A stretch of DNA of 44,653 nucleotides from Chiloscyllium plagiosum. Taxonomy: Eukaryota. Position 1 is the first letter of the stretch, and the number at the start of each line of letters is the position of its first letter. The translations under genes and the position numbers were made by a program. The stretch spans positions 2,618,477 to 2,663,129 of the forward strand of contig NC_057720.1 in the NCBI RefSeq assembly GCF_004010195.1, given 5' to 3'. Shown piece by piece: positions 1-13,190 of this stretch. Under the pieces are notes generated by a model. That model saw only the letters and a program-made list of their open reading frames with translations, was not told the origin of the DNA and ran no database searches.

Positions 1-296
1 ACTCCCTCAGTACTGACCCTCTGACAGTGCAACACTCCTTCAGTACTGACCCTCTGACAGTGCGATACTCCCTCAGCACTGACTCTCTGACAGTGCAACA
101 CTCCTTCAGTATTGACCCTCTGACAGTGCGGCACTCCCTCAGTACTGACCCTCTGACAGCGCGGTGCTCCCTCAGCACTGACCCTCTGACAGCGTGGCGC
201 TCCCTCAGCACTGACCCTCTGACAGTGTGGCGCTCCCTCAGCACTGACCCTCTGACAGTGCGGTGCTCCCTCAGCACTGACCCTCTGACAGTGCAC
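1..296 (-). repeat. 33-bp tandem array (about 9 units), DeuSINE-derived unit, runs off the window start
   Basis: Unit ACTCCCTCAG(T/C)ACTGACCCTCTGACAGTGCRRC repeated; reverse complement of the unit at 31297-31494. ORF 27..377 is its translation. Confidence 0.92.
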
Positions 297-1393
297 ACTC
301 TAATTATAGAGCTGAAAGCATCATCTAAAATTATTGTCTTTGCGAAGCTGTGTGCCAATACAAGTTGGTTCCTTTGATCATTGCAACACAAATGGTTTGT
401 GTTTAAAAATGTCTTGATTTGATTAAATGCCCATCATCTTCAAGATATTTTATCTTTGAACAGTCATCAGTTTTGCATGAATGCACTAACAGGAGAAAGA
501 TTGTTTAATACAACAGGAAGAGATGGGGGTGAAATACACAGAGAATCTGATTCTGTGCAATGGAGAAATATCTGAATCTGTTCTTTAATATTTCTTTAAC
601 GGGGGTGTAAGAAAATGAACAGTTTTGAGGCTTTGTGTCTGTTTCTGTAATTTAGCTTTGCTGGAGGACTGGAGATTTGAATATTCAAGGTACAGAATGT
701 ACTAAGAGTTGACATATTGGACCCAGCCTAGGGACAAGGGTGGAACCCTGTTGGGAGATATTAACCGGTCACACAGATCAGTTCAAGGGGGCAGAAAGAA
801 CAGCAGCTTACAGAGAGCAAATGAAGAGGAGAAGGCAGCTCCATGCAGCTGAAATGTTGCTGTTGGCTCTGTGCTGCTGAGGGGGCTGGAATTGAGAGGA
901 ACCCCAGGCGCCATTGGTAGCTGTCTGCTGCTGTCAGCTGAGGCTGAGAGCTGTACTTGCTCGGTGTGGTGTTGGCAGCACTAGGTTGAAAAACTAGGAG
1001 GCCAACCGCGTTTAGATGCTAAAGATTAGCCCAGCCAACAGAACGGAGAAGCAATCTCAGTTGTAGGTACATAATTAGCTCCTCTTGTTAATAAGACCAA
1101 GGAGACTGAACCCAGAAGAAGACCTCAGAGTGAGTGGGAATGGTGTGTCTTTTAAATTCAGATTATAACATGGAGCCCAGGGAAAGTGGACCTGCTGATC
1201 AGACTAACTCTCCAAAACTGTGGAGCTAAAATACCACATGGGGAAGGCTCAGTGGTTAGCACTGCTGCCTCACAGCGCCACGGACCCGGGTTTGATTCCC
1301 GCCTCGGGCAACTGTCTGTGTAGAGTTTGCACATTTCCCCGTGTCTGCGTGGGTTTCCTCTGGGTGCTCCGGTTTCCTCCCACAGTCACATAG

Positions 1394-2484
1394 ATGGCTT
1401 TGTGCGTGGGAAATCATCTCTCGCAAACTGGATTGAGTTTTTTGAAGAAGTAACAAAGAAGATTGATGAGGGCAGAGCAGTAGATGTGATCTATATGGAC
1501 TTCAGTAAGGCGTTCAACAAGGTTCCCCATGGGAGACTGATGAGCAAGGTTAGNNNNNNNNNNNNNNNNNNNNNNNNNNNNNNNNNNNNNNNNNNNNNNN
1601 NNNNNNNNNNNNNNNNNNNNNNNNNNNNNNNNNNNNNNNNNNNNNNNNNNNNNNNNNNNNNNNNNNNNNNNNNNNNNNNNNNNNNNNNNNNNNNNNNNNN
1701 NNNNNNNNNNNNNNNNNNNNNNNNNNNNNNNNNNNNNNNNNNNNNNNNNNNNNNNNNNNNNNNNNNNNNNNNNNNNNNNNNNNNNNNNNNNNNNNNNNNN
1801 NNNNNNNNNNNNNNNNNNNNNNNNNNNNNNNNNNNNNNNNNNNNNNNNNNNNNNNNNNNNNNNNNNNNNNNNNNNNNNNNNNNNNNNNNNNNNNNNNNNN
1901 NNNNNNNNNNNNNNNNNNNNNNNNNNNNNNNNNNNNNNNNNNNNNNNNNNNNNNNNNNNNNNNNNNNNNNNNNNNNNNNNNNNNNNNNNNNNNNNNNNNN
2001 NNNNNNNNNNNNNNNNNNNNNNNNNNNNNNNNNNNNNNNNNNNNNNNNNNNNNNNNNNNNNNNNNNNGCTGGGGCTGTGTTCCCTGGAGCATCGGAGGCT
2101 GAGGGGTGACCTTATAGAGGTTTACAAAATTATGAGGGGCATGGATAGGATAAATAGGCAAAGTATTTTCCCTGGGGCCAGGGAGTCCAGAACAAGAGGG
2201 CATAGGTTTAGGGTGAGAGGGGAAAGATATAAAAGAGACCTAAGGGGCAACTTTTTCACACAAAGGATGGTACGTGTATGGAATGAGCTGCCAGAGGATG
2301 TGGTGGAGGCTGGTAGAATTGCAACATTTAAGAGGCATTTGGATAGATATATGAATAGGAAGGGTTTGGAGGGACATGGGCCGGGTGCTGGCAGGTGGGA
2401 CTAGATTGGGTTGGGATATCTCGTCGGCATGGACGTGTTGGACCAAATGGTCTGTTTCCATGCTGTACATCTCTATGACTCTAT
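1394..2484 (+). mobile_element. CR1 (HER1-like) LINE, 5'-truncated ORF2 plus 3' UTR, spans the gap
   Basis: Translates to RT motif VDVIYMDFSKAFNKVPH and C-terminal FFTQRMVRVWNELP; ends in CTCTATGACTCTATG tail. Confidence 0.92.
1554..2067. other. Assembly gap (514 N)
   Basis: Run of N. Confidence 1.
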
Positions 2485-2639
2485 GTGCAAGTTAGGTGAA
2501 TTGGCCATGCTAGGTACATTAGTCAGGGGTAAATGTAGGGGAATGGGCCTGGGTAGGTTCCTCTTCGGAGAGTCGCTTGTGGACTTGTTGGGCCGAAGGG
2601 CCTGTTTCCACACTGTAGGGATTCTAATCTAAAAGAACC

Positions 2640-2760
2640 AACAGAGAGAATACAGGAGAAACTCAGCAGGTCTGACAGTGCCTGTGGAAAGAGAAAACGA
2701 GTTCATGTTTTGAGTCTGGAATGAACTTTCACCTTCAGAACTGAAAGGAGCTGGAAAATG
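2640..2760 (-). mobile_element. Penelope-like terminal fragment, family D, degenerate (may extend to about 3010)
   Basis: AAACTCAGCAGGTCTGACAG...CTTCAGAAC is the reverse complement of the family D copies at 14035 and 24261. Confidence 0.5.
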
Positions 2761-3570
2761 ATGTTTTGCATATTTTTGTCAGAGGTGGAGGAAGAGTGAG
2801 AGGAATAGATGGTGTAGAGACCCAGTGCAAAAGACAAAGGGTTTGTTCATTGTAGTGAAAGAGAAGAAGCAACATAAAATAGATGCGAATTAAGGTGTGG
2901 AAGGGAGACATTGGGTCCTCTCTACTAAGAGCAAAGTAAACAAAACATAAACAGAACAAGACAGGCTTGGGGTTTGAGAGAGTGGAGGGAATGGAAGGAA
3001 AATGGAGAACAGTGTTAGAGATTTTTTTTGATGCACAGCAGTGACTTATGTCAAGATAGGTTACCGAGAATATTTGGGGATCTGCCTTCCTTGTGTCTGC
3101 TATTTAATGTGTAGGTTGTGGTATGTTTGACTGCAGCTTATCTGTTACTTCATGTTAACCCGACACATTTTTCATTCGATTCTTTTTGTGGGACATGGCA
3201 TCCCTGGCTGGTCAGCATTTATTGCCCTGAGGGTCGAAGGTAGATCATGCTGTCATTTTGCTTTGCTGACTTCGAATATAGAACATAGAACATTACAGCG
3301 CAATGCAGGCCCTTCGGCCCTCGATGTTGCATCGACCTGTGGAACCAGTCTGAAACCCAATTAACCTACACTATTCCATTTTCATCCAGATGTTTATCCA
3401 ATGACCATTTAAATGCCCTTAAAGGTGGTGAGTCTACTACTGTTACAGCCAGTGCATTCCAAACCCCTACTACTTTCTGACATCTGTCCTATATCTATCA
3501 CCCCTCAACTTAAAGCTATGTCCCGTCGTGCTAGCCATCACCATCCAAGCAAAAAGGCTCTCACTGTCTA

Positions 3571-3799
3571 GGAGAAAGTGAGGGCTGCAGATGCTTGAGA
3601 TCAGAGCTGAAAATGTGTTACTGGAAAAGCGCAGCAGGTCAGGCAGCATCCAAGGAGCAGGAGAATCGACAATTCGGACCTGAGCCCGAAGAAGGGTTCC
3701 TTCTGATTCCTGAAGAAGGGCTCATGCCTGAAACGTCGATTCTCCTGCTCCTTGGATGCTGCCTGACCTGCTGCGCCTTTCCAGCAACACATTTTCAGT
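3571..3799 (-). mobile_element. Palindromic Penelope-like terminal element, family A, with hammerhead core
   Basis: 12-bp TSD TCTCACTGTCTA (3559-3570, 3800-3811); inverted arms; core CTGAAGA-A-GGGC-tcat-GCCT-GAAA-CGTC at 3710-3737 (+). Confidence 0.82.
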
Positions 3800-4732
3800 T
3801 CTCACTGTCTACCCTATCTAACCCTCTGATTATCTTATATGTCTCAATTAAGTCACCTCTCAATCTTCTTCTCTTTAATGAAACAGCCTCAAGTCCCTCA
3901 GTCTTTCCTTGTAAGACCTTCCTCCATACCAGGCAACATCCTGGTAAATCTCCTCTGAACCCTTTCCAAAACTTCCACATCTTTCCAATAATGTGGTGAC
4001 CAGAACTGTATGCAATACTGCATGTGCGGCCGCACCAGAGTTTTGTACCAGAGTTTTGCAGCATGACCTCATGGCTCTGATACCAATAAAAGCTAACATA
4101 CCATATGCCTTCTTAACAACCCTATTAACCTGGGTGACAACTTTCAGGGATCTATGTATTTGGACACTGAAATCTCTCTGCGCATCTAGACTACCAAGAA
4201 TCTTACCATTAGCCCAGTACTCTGCATTCCTATTGCTCCTTCCAAAATGAATCACCTCTCACTTTTCCGCATTAAACTCCATTTGCCACCTCTCAGCCCA
4301 GCTTTACAGCTTTTCTATATCCCTCTGTAACCTGTAACATCCTCCAGCGCTATCCACAAGTCCACTGACCTTAGTGTCATCTGCAAATTTACTAACCCAT
4401 CCTTCTGCGCCCTCATTCAGATTATTTATAAAAATGACAAACAGCAGTGGCCTCAAAACAGATCCTTGCAGTACACCACTAGTAACTGAACTCCAGGATG
4501 AACATTTCTCATCAACCACCAACCTCTGTCTTCTTTCAACTAGCCAATTTCTGATCCAAACCACTAATCATCCTCAATCCCACGCCTCTGTATTTTGTGC
4601 AATAGCCTACCATGTGGAATCTTATCAAACACCTTACTGAAATCCATATACACCACATCAACCACTTTACCCTCATCTATCTGTCTGGTCACCTTCTTAA
4701 AGAACTCAATAAGGTTTGTGAGGCACGATCTG

Positions 4733-4890
4733 CATGGGCACAATTACAACGTTTAAAAGATATTTGGATAAGTACATGAATAGGAAAGGCTTGGGCCAGG
4801 AGCAAGCAGGTAGGACTAGCTTATTTTGGGATAATGTTCAGCATGGACTAGTTGGATCGAAGGGTCTGTTTCCATGCTGTATGACTCTAT
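4733..4890 (+). mobile_element. CR1 3' end fragment inserted in the older CR1
   Basis: TTFKRYLDKYMNRKG followed by 3' UTR and ATGACTCTAT tail. Confidence 0.82.
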
Positions 4891-5338
4891 TGGTCTTTGA
4901 CTCTATAAAGACCTACCTTTCACAAAATTGTGTTAACTATCCCTAATAAATTTATTCCTCTCTAGATGATTATCTCTGATAATCTATTCCAATACTTTAC
5001 TTGCAACTGAAGTAAGGATCACGGATCTATAATTACCAGGGTTGTCTCTATTCCCCTTCTTGAACAAAGGAACAACATTTGCCATCCTCCAGTCTTCTGG
5101 CACTATTCCTGTAGACAATGTTGATATAAAGATCAAAATCAAAGGCTCTGCAATCTTCTTCCTGACATCCAAGAAAATCCTGGGATAAATCCCATCTGGC
5201 CCAGGGGACTTACCCATTTTCACCCTCTCCAGAATTACTAACACCTCTTCCTTGTGAACCTCAATCCCATCTAGTCCAGTAGCCTGTATTTCGGTATTCT
5301 CCTTGACAACATTGTCTTTGTCTAGTGTGAATACTGAC

Positions 5339-5972
5339 GGTATGCTTTCTTTTATTGGTCAGAGTATTGAGTACAGGAGTTGGGAGGTCATGTTGCAGCT
5401 GTACAGGACATTGGTTAGGCCACTGTTGGAATATTGCATGCAATTCTGGTCTCCTTCCTATCGGAAAGATATTGTGAAACTTGAAAGGGTTCAGAAAGGA
5501 TTTACAAGGATGTTGCCAGGGTTGGAGGATTTGAGCAATAGGGAGAGGCTGAACAGGCTGGGGCTGTTTTCCCTGGAGCGTCGGAGGTTGAGGGGTGACC
5601 TTATAGAGGTTTACAAAAGCATGAGGGGCATGGAGAGGATAAATAGGCAAAGTGTTTTCCCTGGGATGGGGGAGTCCAGAACTAGAAGGCATAGATTTAG
5701 GGTGAGAGGGGAAAGATATAAAAGAGACCTAAGGGGCAACTTTTTCACGCAGAGAGTGGTACATGTATGGAATGAGCTGCCAGGGAAGTGGTGGATGCTG
5801 GTAGAATTGCAACATTTAAGAGGCATTTGGACGGGTATATGAATAGGAAGGGTTTGGAGGGATATGGGCCGGGTGCTGGTAGGTGGGACTAGATTGGGTT
5901 GGGATATCTGGTCGGCATGGACGGGTTGGAGTGAAGGGTCTGTTTTCATGCTGCACATCTCTATGACTCTAT
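5339..5972 (+). mobile_element. Young CR1 3' portion inserted antisense in the older CR1
   Basis: ORF 5303..5842 LYRTLVRPLLEYC...RRRLRGDLIEVYK; host sequence GTGAATACTGAC|GAAAAATATTC rejoins around it. Confidence 0.92.
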
Positions 5973-6978
5973 GAAAAATATTCATTTAGTGCTTCTCTTA
6001 TCTCCTCAGACACCACTCATAACTTCTGACTACGATCCTTGATTGGCTCTAATCTTGCTTGAGTCATTCATTTATTCCTGATATACCTCTAGAAAACTTT
6101 AGAGTTTTCCTTGATCCCATCTGTCAACAACTTCTCCTGCCCCCTCCTGGCTCTTCTTAGCTCTCTGTTTAAGTATTTCCTGTAACTCTCAAGTGCCCTA
6201 ACTGAGCCTTCATGTCTCATCTTTGCATAAACCTTCTTCTTCCTCTTGACAAGAGATTCAACTTCTTTAGTAAACCATAGCTCCCTCGCTCAACCACTTC
6301 CTCCCTGCCTGACAGGTACATACTTATCAAGGACACACAGTAGCTGTTCCCTGAATAAGCTTCACATTTCAATTATGCCCATCCCCTGCAGTTTCCTTTC
6401 CCATCTTATGCATCGTAAACCTTGTCTAATTGCATCATATTTGCCTTTCCCCCAGCGATAACTCTTGCCCTGCGGAATATACCTGTCCCTTTCCATCGCT
6501 AAAGTAAACATAACCGAATTGTGGTCACTATCACCAAAGAGCTCACCTACCTCCAAATCTAACACCTGGCCAGGTTCATTATCCAGTACCAAATCCATTG
6601 TGGCCTTGCCCCTTGTTGGCCTGTTGACATACTGTGTCAGGAAACCCTCCTGTACACATTGGAAAAAACTGACCCATCTAAAATACTTGAACTATAGTAT
6701 TTCCAGTCAATATTTAGAAAGTTAAAATCCTCCATATTAACTACAATTACACTCACTCCTATCCAGAATCATCTTTGCTATCCTTGCCTATACATCTCTA
6801 TTCAAAGGCCTATAGAAAACTCCCAACAGAGTGACCTCTCCTTTCCTGTTTCTAACCTCAGCCCATACTTTTGTATGATAACATTTCTTCAGCTTTTTTA
6901 AAACCGTGGAATCTTGTGCCTTAAATCTCTTTGTGACTAACTGACTTTTCAAATTCTGTCTATTTTAACAAAACAGAA

Positions 6979-7135
6979 TACACAACACCAGGTTGTAGTC
7001 CAACAAGTTTAATTGAATCAGAAGCTGTCAGCGTGATGCTCTGAAATGATTTCAAACAAACCTGTTGGACTGTAGCCTGGTGTCGTGTAACTTCTGACCT
7101 TGTTCACCCCAGTCCAACACCAGCACCACCACATC
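6979..7135 (+). mobile_element. Palindromic Penelope-like element, family C, centre deleted
   Basis: ACACAACACCAGGTTGTAGTCCAAC...GTTGGACTGTAGCCTGGTGTCGTGT inverted arms plus tail CACCCCAGTCCAACACCAGCACC; same family as 26926 and 30663. Confidence 0.72.
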
Positions 7136-7189
7136 TTAACAAAACAGATTACTGGTCCCTGTCCAAATTGGAACAGGTTGTGGGGTCTT

Positions 7190-7345
7190 GTCCGAGAGCA
7201 GGAGAATCGAAGCATTAATGCTCCTGATGAAGGGCTTATGCTGAAATGTCGATTCTCCTGCTTCCTCGAACGCTGCAAGGTGTTTTTCCAGCACCACATT
7301 CTCAACTCTGATCTCCAGCATCTGCGGTCCTTTCTTTCTCCTTTT
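7190..7345 (+). mobile_element. Penelope-like terminal element, family A, degenerate hammerhead
   Basis: CTGATGAAGGGCTTATGCTGAAATGTC at 7224-7250 followed by the family A arm and tail. Confidence 0.72.
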
Positions 7346-7420
7346 CCTGAATAATATCAAATTCTGGGTCTGTGCTTTGGGAATTTAGCAACAGCAAAGG
7401 AGATAATCAGGTACTACTCC

Positions 7421-7520
7421 AGAAGTTAAAAAGTGTGGTGCTGGAAAAGCACAGTGGGTCTGGCAGCATCCGAGGAGCAGGAGAGTTGATGTTTCGAGCA
7501 TAAGCTCTTCATCAGGAATG
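7421..7520 (-). mobile_element. Penelope-like terminal element, family A variant
   Basis: Minus strand CTGATGA-A-GAGC-ttat-GCTC-GAAA-CATC at 7488-7515. Confidence 0.72.
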
Positions 7521-7729
7521 ACAATTTGGAATAAGTTTAACTGAATCCTCAACAGAAATGAATTTTACAGGTAATGCAGAGGAACCCTTATAAAAATGTG
7601 TTTAAGTGAATATAAACATTTAGTCTAGAGAACAAAATTCCTTTTGATATTCACAATGTGTTCTGTTGTCTGCCCATATTCCCCACTCCCCACAAAAGAC
7701 TCACAATGTATAGCTGCTTATTGAAAGTA

Positions 7730-8640
7730 AATCACAGGATCATGGGATGGTTCCCGTGGATTAGGAGACCATTCAGCCCATTATGGCAGTGCCAACTTTC
7801 TGCTGGCACAAATCATTTGGTCCCTTTGCCTGCTGTTCCCTGCTGTTCCCTGCTGTTCCCTGCTGTTCCCTGCTGCCCTGTTATTTTTCTTTCTTCGGGT
7901 AATTATCCAATTTCGTTTGGGGAGCGATGATTGTATCTTCCTCCACCTGGCTATGCATTTCAATTCTAATCTCACACCACATGACAAAGTTTTCTCTCAT
8001 GGTGCTGTTATCTGTTCTGCTATTCACCTCAATTCGGTGTGCTCTGATTTTCAATCTTGCCACCAATGGAAACAGGTTCCTCCTGCCTGCTCTGTCTGGA
8101 CCACACATGATTTTGAATTCCTCTACCAACCTTTGTCTTCTGTCAGAGAAACATTCCCAGCATCTCCAGTTGGACTGAAATCCCTCATGCCTCAAATCAT
8201 TCCTGTAAACCTTTTGTCCACACTTTCTAATGCCTTTGCATCTTTTCCAAACTGAGGTTTCCAGAACTGAGTACAATGCAGTTGAGCCTGAAGCGGTGTT
8301 TTATAAAGTTTGACCACCACCTCTTTGACAGTGCTTTCTGACCCTGTTTATAAAGCCCAGAATCCCATTACCCATTTTTATAAACGCTCTCCCAACCAGC
8401 CATGCTTCCTTTGTTATTTTCTGTGCTGACTCTTGGCTCTGACTCTTCCTTTAGAATTGTACGTTTTGTTTTCTTATATATTCTCCTGCTGCTTACTTTG
8501 TACCAGAAAGAATCATTTCAACTTTTTCGGCATTAAATTGCATCTACCACATGTCTGCCAAAGTCCACTGCTTTGTTCATGTTCTCCTGAAGTTTATCCC
8601 TATCCTCCTCAAACTCACAATCTTTCCAAGTTGAATGACA
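7730..8640 (-). mobile_element. Old degenerate CR1-type LINE 3' region, contains a (CCTGCTGTTC)n 10-bp repeat at about 7829-7880
   Basis: Decayed ORF2 C-terminal motifs in ORF 7881..8276; about 5 units of the 10-mer. Confidence 0.6.
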
Positions 8641-8854
8641 TCATCATAATTAACTCTCAGCTTCCTTTGTAGGTACCTTTCAAATACATTTGTGGTAGAT
8701 TTAGACTATATAATTGGCCAACTTCCATGGCCAAGTGTAATCAGTTAAATACAGATTGAATCAGTTTAACACAATTGGGTTTGGAGTGATTCATTGCAAA
8801 GTTGTTAATGGTGCTCAGATGTAAAGGAGAACAGCTTTGCTCTGTTTTGAATGT

Positions 8855-9247
8855 AAGAAAAGAATGAACTGTGCAACCTCAGGTCACCTCAAAGCACTTT
8901 ACGGTCAATGAAACACTCTCTGAAGTCTAGTCGCTGTCGTCATGTTACATAGCAGCCACGTTGCACACAGAAAGCTCACACAGATAGCAATGACAGAAAT
9001 GTTGATTATCTGTGATGGCCGTTACATCTTGGATGAATGTTTCTTGAAATATATCCAGGAAACTTTGATATCCACCTGAAAGAGCAAATAGGTTTAGTAT
9101 CTCTCTGAAGCTAGCACCATCAATGGTGCAGCAACCCCCCCAACTCTGCAGAGGGAGCGTCGGACTAGATTTTGCTGGTAAGGATTTGCACCCACCGTGG
9201 TTTCTGCCATGGGAGAAAACAGTGAAGCGACTGAGGCATAGCTGGAA
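8855..9247 (-). mobile_element. DeuSINE (SacSINE1-like), degenerate
   Basis: Colinear reverse-complement similarity to the copy at 31495-31790 (CAAAGCACTTTAC, GCACACAGAAAGCTCACACAGATAGC) with a single copy of the 33-bp unit and a tRNA-like head. Confidence 0.6.
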
Positions 9248-10547
9248 CTAATTCCCACTGACAATCAGAAACTACTGAGTCATTTGCTGGGGGTAAAAAA
9301 AACCCCTGCATTTCCTTTAGTGCCATGTCTCATTATGACCAAGATAAACTGGGGTGCATTCTGCAAGAGAGTTACTTGACTTCCTGATTGTGAGACCAAC
9401 TGACCATGTGGGATGAACAGCCATGAAAAGCCAAAGGTAAATAAAAAGATAATTGCAGTATGGTGAGAAAGAAACAGCCTGCTGTATATTAAAATCGATT
9501 TTGGCAGTTCAGAACTCTGGGAATTTATGCAAGGAGGGAACAGGAACTGCTGTCTGTTTGACAATCTTTGAACAGGTCCTGTGTTAGAGCAGGTCTCTGA
9601 GAATAAAACAGAGACTGTGTTAAGCAGAAAGACTAAAAGGTGGGAAGAATGTGGTTCTCTCAGCCCTGGCTCTGAGCTCTCAGTTTCTTTTGTTTCAGTT
9701 TGGCTGATCCAAACTGAGGCTGATGAATCTCTTTGGGTTTGGGGATGAGAATTGGGCACCTGACTTGATAGGCAACGATGGTGGCCACAGAGTGGAGACT
9801 CACTCTGGGATCACTTCCGAATCTCTGCAACATGCATAATCTTGATTTTCTTTTCCTTTATCAGTCAAGTCAAGTCAGTTCTGAGGCTTGACTGCTGTTT
9901 AAGATAGAATTGGGAAAGGGTAGGTGTGTGAAATTACTTTTTCTCTCTCTGTATTCCTTCCCCGTTCAACACGTTTCCACCCCTTCCTCATTCACTATCC
10001 TTTCACTGTCTTCCCAGTCAAGACCAATCCCCCTTCCACTCTCAGTCAACCTTTCACCTTCCCTCCACCTGATCTGCCTAACAACAGTTTTCCCCAGAAA
10101 ATCCACAACAGCTCTTTCCAGCTTCTATATGTATGCTGCCTATAGGAGAATCATGCCTATGGGAGAGTTTACCTTGAAAGATCCCATTTGCTGTGTGTAA
10201 ACAATGTTGCTGCTCCAGCTGGAAGTTACTCGGGTTATTTGAGTTTGGGAGTTGTGTAATTGGTTGGATTGCTTGCAATGTGTTTCGCTGTTTTAAATAA
10301 ACCAATCCACAGAGCTAATCAATCCCTGACAAGTTATGAGACTATATCATGAAGACGTAAAAGGGATTATTACAACTTTTGGAATTTGGATTTTTAAAAT
10401 AGAGGCAGGTGAATTTTGGTTTCAGTTCTGTGAAGGTAAATGTGTTTTAAAGGTGAGAACGTCATTTGGAGCAGTGACCTGATTTTGAAGAAAATCAGAT
10501 GTTCAACCAGGATACTGTGGGATTAATTCATGGAATATTTATAGATA

Positions 10548-11425
10548 GTAGAGTCATTTGGCATGGAAACAGATCCTTTGGCCCAACCTGTCCATATTAA
10601 CCAAGTTTCACAAACTAAACTCATCCCACTTGCCTGCATTTGTCCCATACCCCTCTAAATCTTTCCTATTCATGTGCCTGTCCAAATGTCTTTTAAATGT
10701 TGTAACTGTACCTGCATCTACCATTTCCTCAGGTCGTTCATTCCACACATGAATCACCCTCTGTGTGAAAAAGATTCTCCTCCGGTCCCTTTTAAATCTT
10801 TCTCCTCTCACCCTGAAAAAATGTCCCCTGGTTTTGAAATCTTTCACCCTAGGGAAAAGACCTTTGCAATTCACCGAATCCATGTCCCTCATGGTTTTAT
10901 AAACCTCTATCAGGTCACTTCCCAGCCTCCTATGCTCCAGTGAAAATTGTCTCAGCCTATTCTTATAATGCAAACCCCAGCAACATCCTGGTCAATCTTT
11001 TCTGAAGTCTCTCAAATTTAATAATATCCTTCCTCTAGCAGGGCAACCAGAACTGTACACAATACTCCAAAAGTGGCCTCACAAAAGTGCAACCTCAACA
11101 TGACCACCCAACTCCTATATTCAGAGGTCTAAGCGATAAAGGCAAGCGTGCTAAACGCCTTCTTAACCGTCCTATCTGCCTGTGATGCAACTTCCAAAGT
11201 ACCAGGTACCTAAACCCCAAGGTCTCTCTGTTTGACAACTGTATTTAAGGTCCTACCATTAATTGTATAAATCCTGTCCTCTTGTGTTTTACCACAATGC
11301 ACTACCTCACACTTAAATAAGTTAAACACCAGCTCCCATTCCTCAGCCCATTGGCCCAATTGATTAAAATCCCTTTATAATCTTAGATTAACTTTTTCAC
11401 TGTTGACTAATTCTGGTGCCATCCA
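10548..11425 (-). mobile_element. CR1 LINE 3' portion
   Basis: ORF 10608..10973 HRRLGSDLIEVYK...FFTQRVIHVWNE. Confidence 0.9.
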
Positions 11426-12240
11426 GAGAAAACAGGCCAGGAGTGAAATCATTGTTTTAGTTTTCAGTTCAGTTTGGAAGAATCAAGAAATCTGCGAAAA
11501 CTCCAGGCTGTGAGGGTTTGTAGAGAAAAGAAGCTTTTAAGTTGTCAGAACTGAAAGAAGGGTCAGACCATTAGAATTGGAAAGACATTGTAAAACTGTT
11601 TCAGCAGTTCCCATAGGAAAACTGTGGACAGACTAGTCAGGTAAGAAATTAAAGAATTGAGATAACAGCAATTTTTTTTTTGGGGGGGGGGGGTGAACAT
11701 CTGCGAGGGACATTGCTGAACCTCAATGAAACTTTTCTACTGATTCTGTTCAGATATTTCTGACTAAAGCATTTTTTGTGTAATAAATTTATTTCATGTT
11801 TTGTAAAACATATTTAGCATTATGTGAATACATTTCAGTGACTAACCACCATGGTAACTGAAGTAAACATTGAACATATGATCTATCAAGCCAGATTGCA
11901 TTCTGGGATCTGACTGTTTGGTATTACCATCAGCTGGGATCATAGCAACTGTTATTAGACCATGAGCATGGCCATGATAACCTACACCCAGTTTTCTCTC
12001 TGGTATTGCACTAATATCTAAGCTTTCAAAATAGCTTCGCAGCAGAACAAACCTTGAGAAAGCTCCTTCCCAATTTCTAAATGTAATTTCTGAGGTCATC
12101 TTGTTGATGTGACCCATCTCTTGCTTTCTGTACCTTTTTTTCATTTATTCATGGGATGTCTGCATCACTGTCTTGGCCAGCATTTATTATCCATCCCTAA
12201 ATGTTAAGAGTCAACTATATTGCTGAGGTCTGGAGGTAAT

Positions 12241-12648
12241 GGGTGGCAGAGTGGCACAGTGGATAGCACTGCTGCCTCATAGCGCCAGAGACATGGGTTC
12301 AATTCCTGCCTCAGGTGACTCTCTGTGTGGAGTTTGCACATTCTCCCCGTGTCTCTGTGGGTTTCCTCCCGTTGCTCTGGTTTTCCCCCACAATCCAAAA
12401 GTGTGCAGGTGAGGTGAATTGGCCATGCTAAATTTTTGAAGCTCCTTGGATGCTGCCTGAACTGCTGTGCTCTTCCAGCACCACTGATCCAGAATCTGGT
12501 TTCCAGCATCTGCAGTCATTGTTTTTACCAAATTGTTCGTAGTGTTAGGTGTAGGGGAATGGGTCTGGGTGGGTTGTGCTTTGGCGGGTTGGTGTGGACT
12601 TGTTAGGCCGAAAGGCCTGTTTCCACACTGTAAGTAATCTAGTAATCT
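12241..12648 (+). mobile_element. HE1-type V-SINE containing a Penelope-like fragment
   Basis: A box TGGCACAGTGG, B box GGGTTCAATTCC, V-domain, TAATCT tail. Confidence 0.9.
12435..12529 (+). mobile_element. Penelope-like 3' terminal fragment, family B (truncated downstream of the hammerhead)
   Basis: Near-identical to 21094-21186; flanked by AAATT duplication. Confidence 0.75.
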
Positions 12649-13190
12649 ACACCAGACCAGATAAGGGCAGCAGACATTACAGCACCACGCGGATTTATTT
12701 GGGCAATTGACAATGGTTTCCCCATTAGACTCAGTTCCAGATCGTTTTTATTGAGTTCTGATTCCACCATCTGCCATGGCACAATTCCAATCCAGGTCTC
12801 CAGAGCATTACCTGGGTTTCTGAATTAATAGTCTAACAATAATATCACTAGACTATCACCAAATAACTGACCAGCTGACGTCCCCTCCTGTCTCTACTTT
12901 CAGCTGATATTGAAGCAGATCTGTCTCTTCAAGTGTTCTCCCTTTCTCCTTTAAGTCTGTAGACACCACTCACTTCTCCAATGCTAACTCTTAACTCCAC
13001 TGTCCTTGAAAATTAGAATTTATTGTCACTTGTGAGTACTCACTCCTGACAGTTAGAGGTTATATCACAGAATGAGTACTGTTTCCACAGAGATTGACAC
13101 ACCGGAGGCAGAGCTGCAGTATGGGAAATCAAAGATCTTTAAAATTATTTAAATTGAGGTTGCATCAGCAGAAGCAGCAAAAACTGAGAA

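Larger units (their letters stand above)
1240..2632 (+). mobile_element. HE1-type V-SINE split by a CR1 insertion (SINE parts about 1240-1393 and 2485-2632)
   Basis: tRNA-like head with A/B-box-like motifs (GGCTCAGTGG, GGGTTTGATTCCC), V-domain, resumes at GTGCAAGTTAGGTGAATTGGCC, ends in TAATCTAA tail. Confidence 0.85.
3277..6870 (-). mobile_element. Long CR1 LINE ORF2 remnant (endonuclease to 3' end) carrying three younger insertions
   Basis: Minus-strand frames give DSDHNSVMF (APE), KSPGPDGIYPR, VLQGSVLRPLLF, SKFADDTK, RRRLRGDLIETYK; (TAGAACA)n tail at 3277; colinear across the insertions. Confidence 0.92.
12135..12860 (-). mobile_element. tRNA-headed shark SINE (LINE-tailed) split by an HE1 insertion
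   Basis: Tail GCCAGCATTTATT at about 12176, body resumes at about 12650, head TTCCACCATCTGCCATGG...CCTGGGT; homologous to 24925-25400, 29130-29360 and 33785-33990. Confidence 0.68.

Noticed and set aside
3571..3799. Calling the palindromic elements MITEs
   Set aside because: Asymmetric tail, variable 12-16 bp TSDs, variable centres and monomeric copies fit Penelope-type retroinsertion better than TIR transposons.
9865..9919. Exon-like AG...GT segment as a candidate upstream collagen exon
   Set aside because: Stop codons in all three frames and no signal-peptide character.
10200..11950. Possible solo LTR split by the CR1 at 10548
   Set aside because: AATAAA and an LTR-like end near 11948 are suggestive, but I could not define a 5' boundary, TSD or partner LTR.
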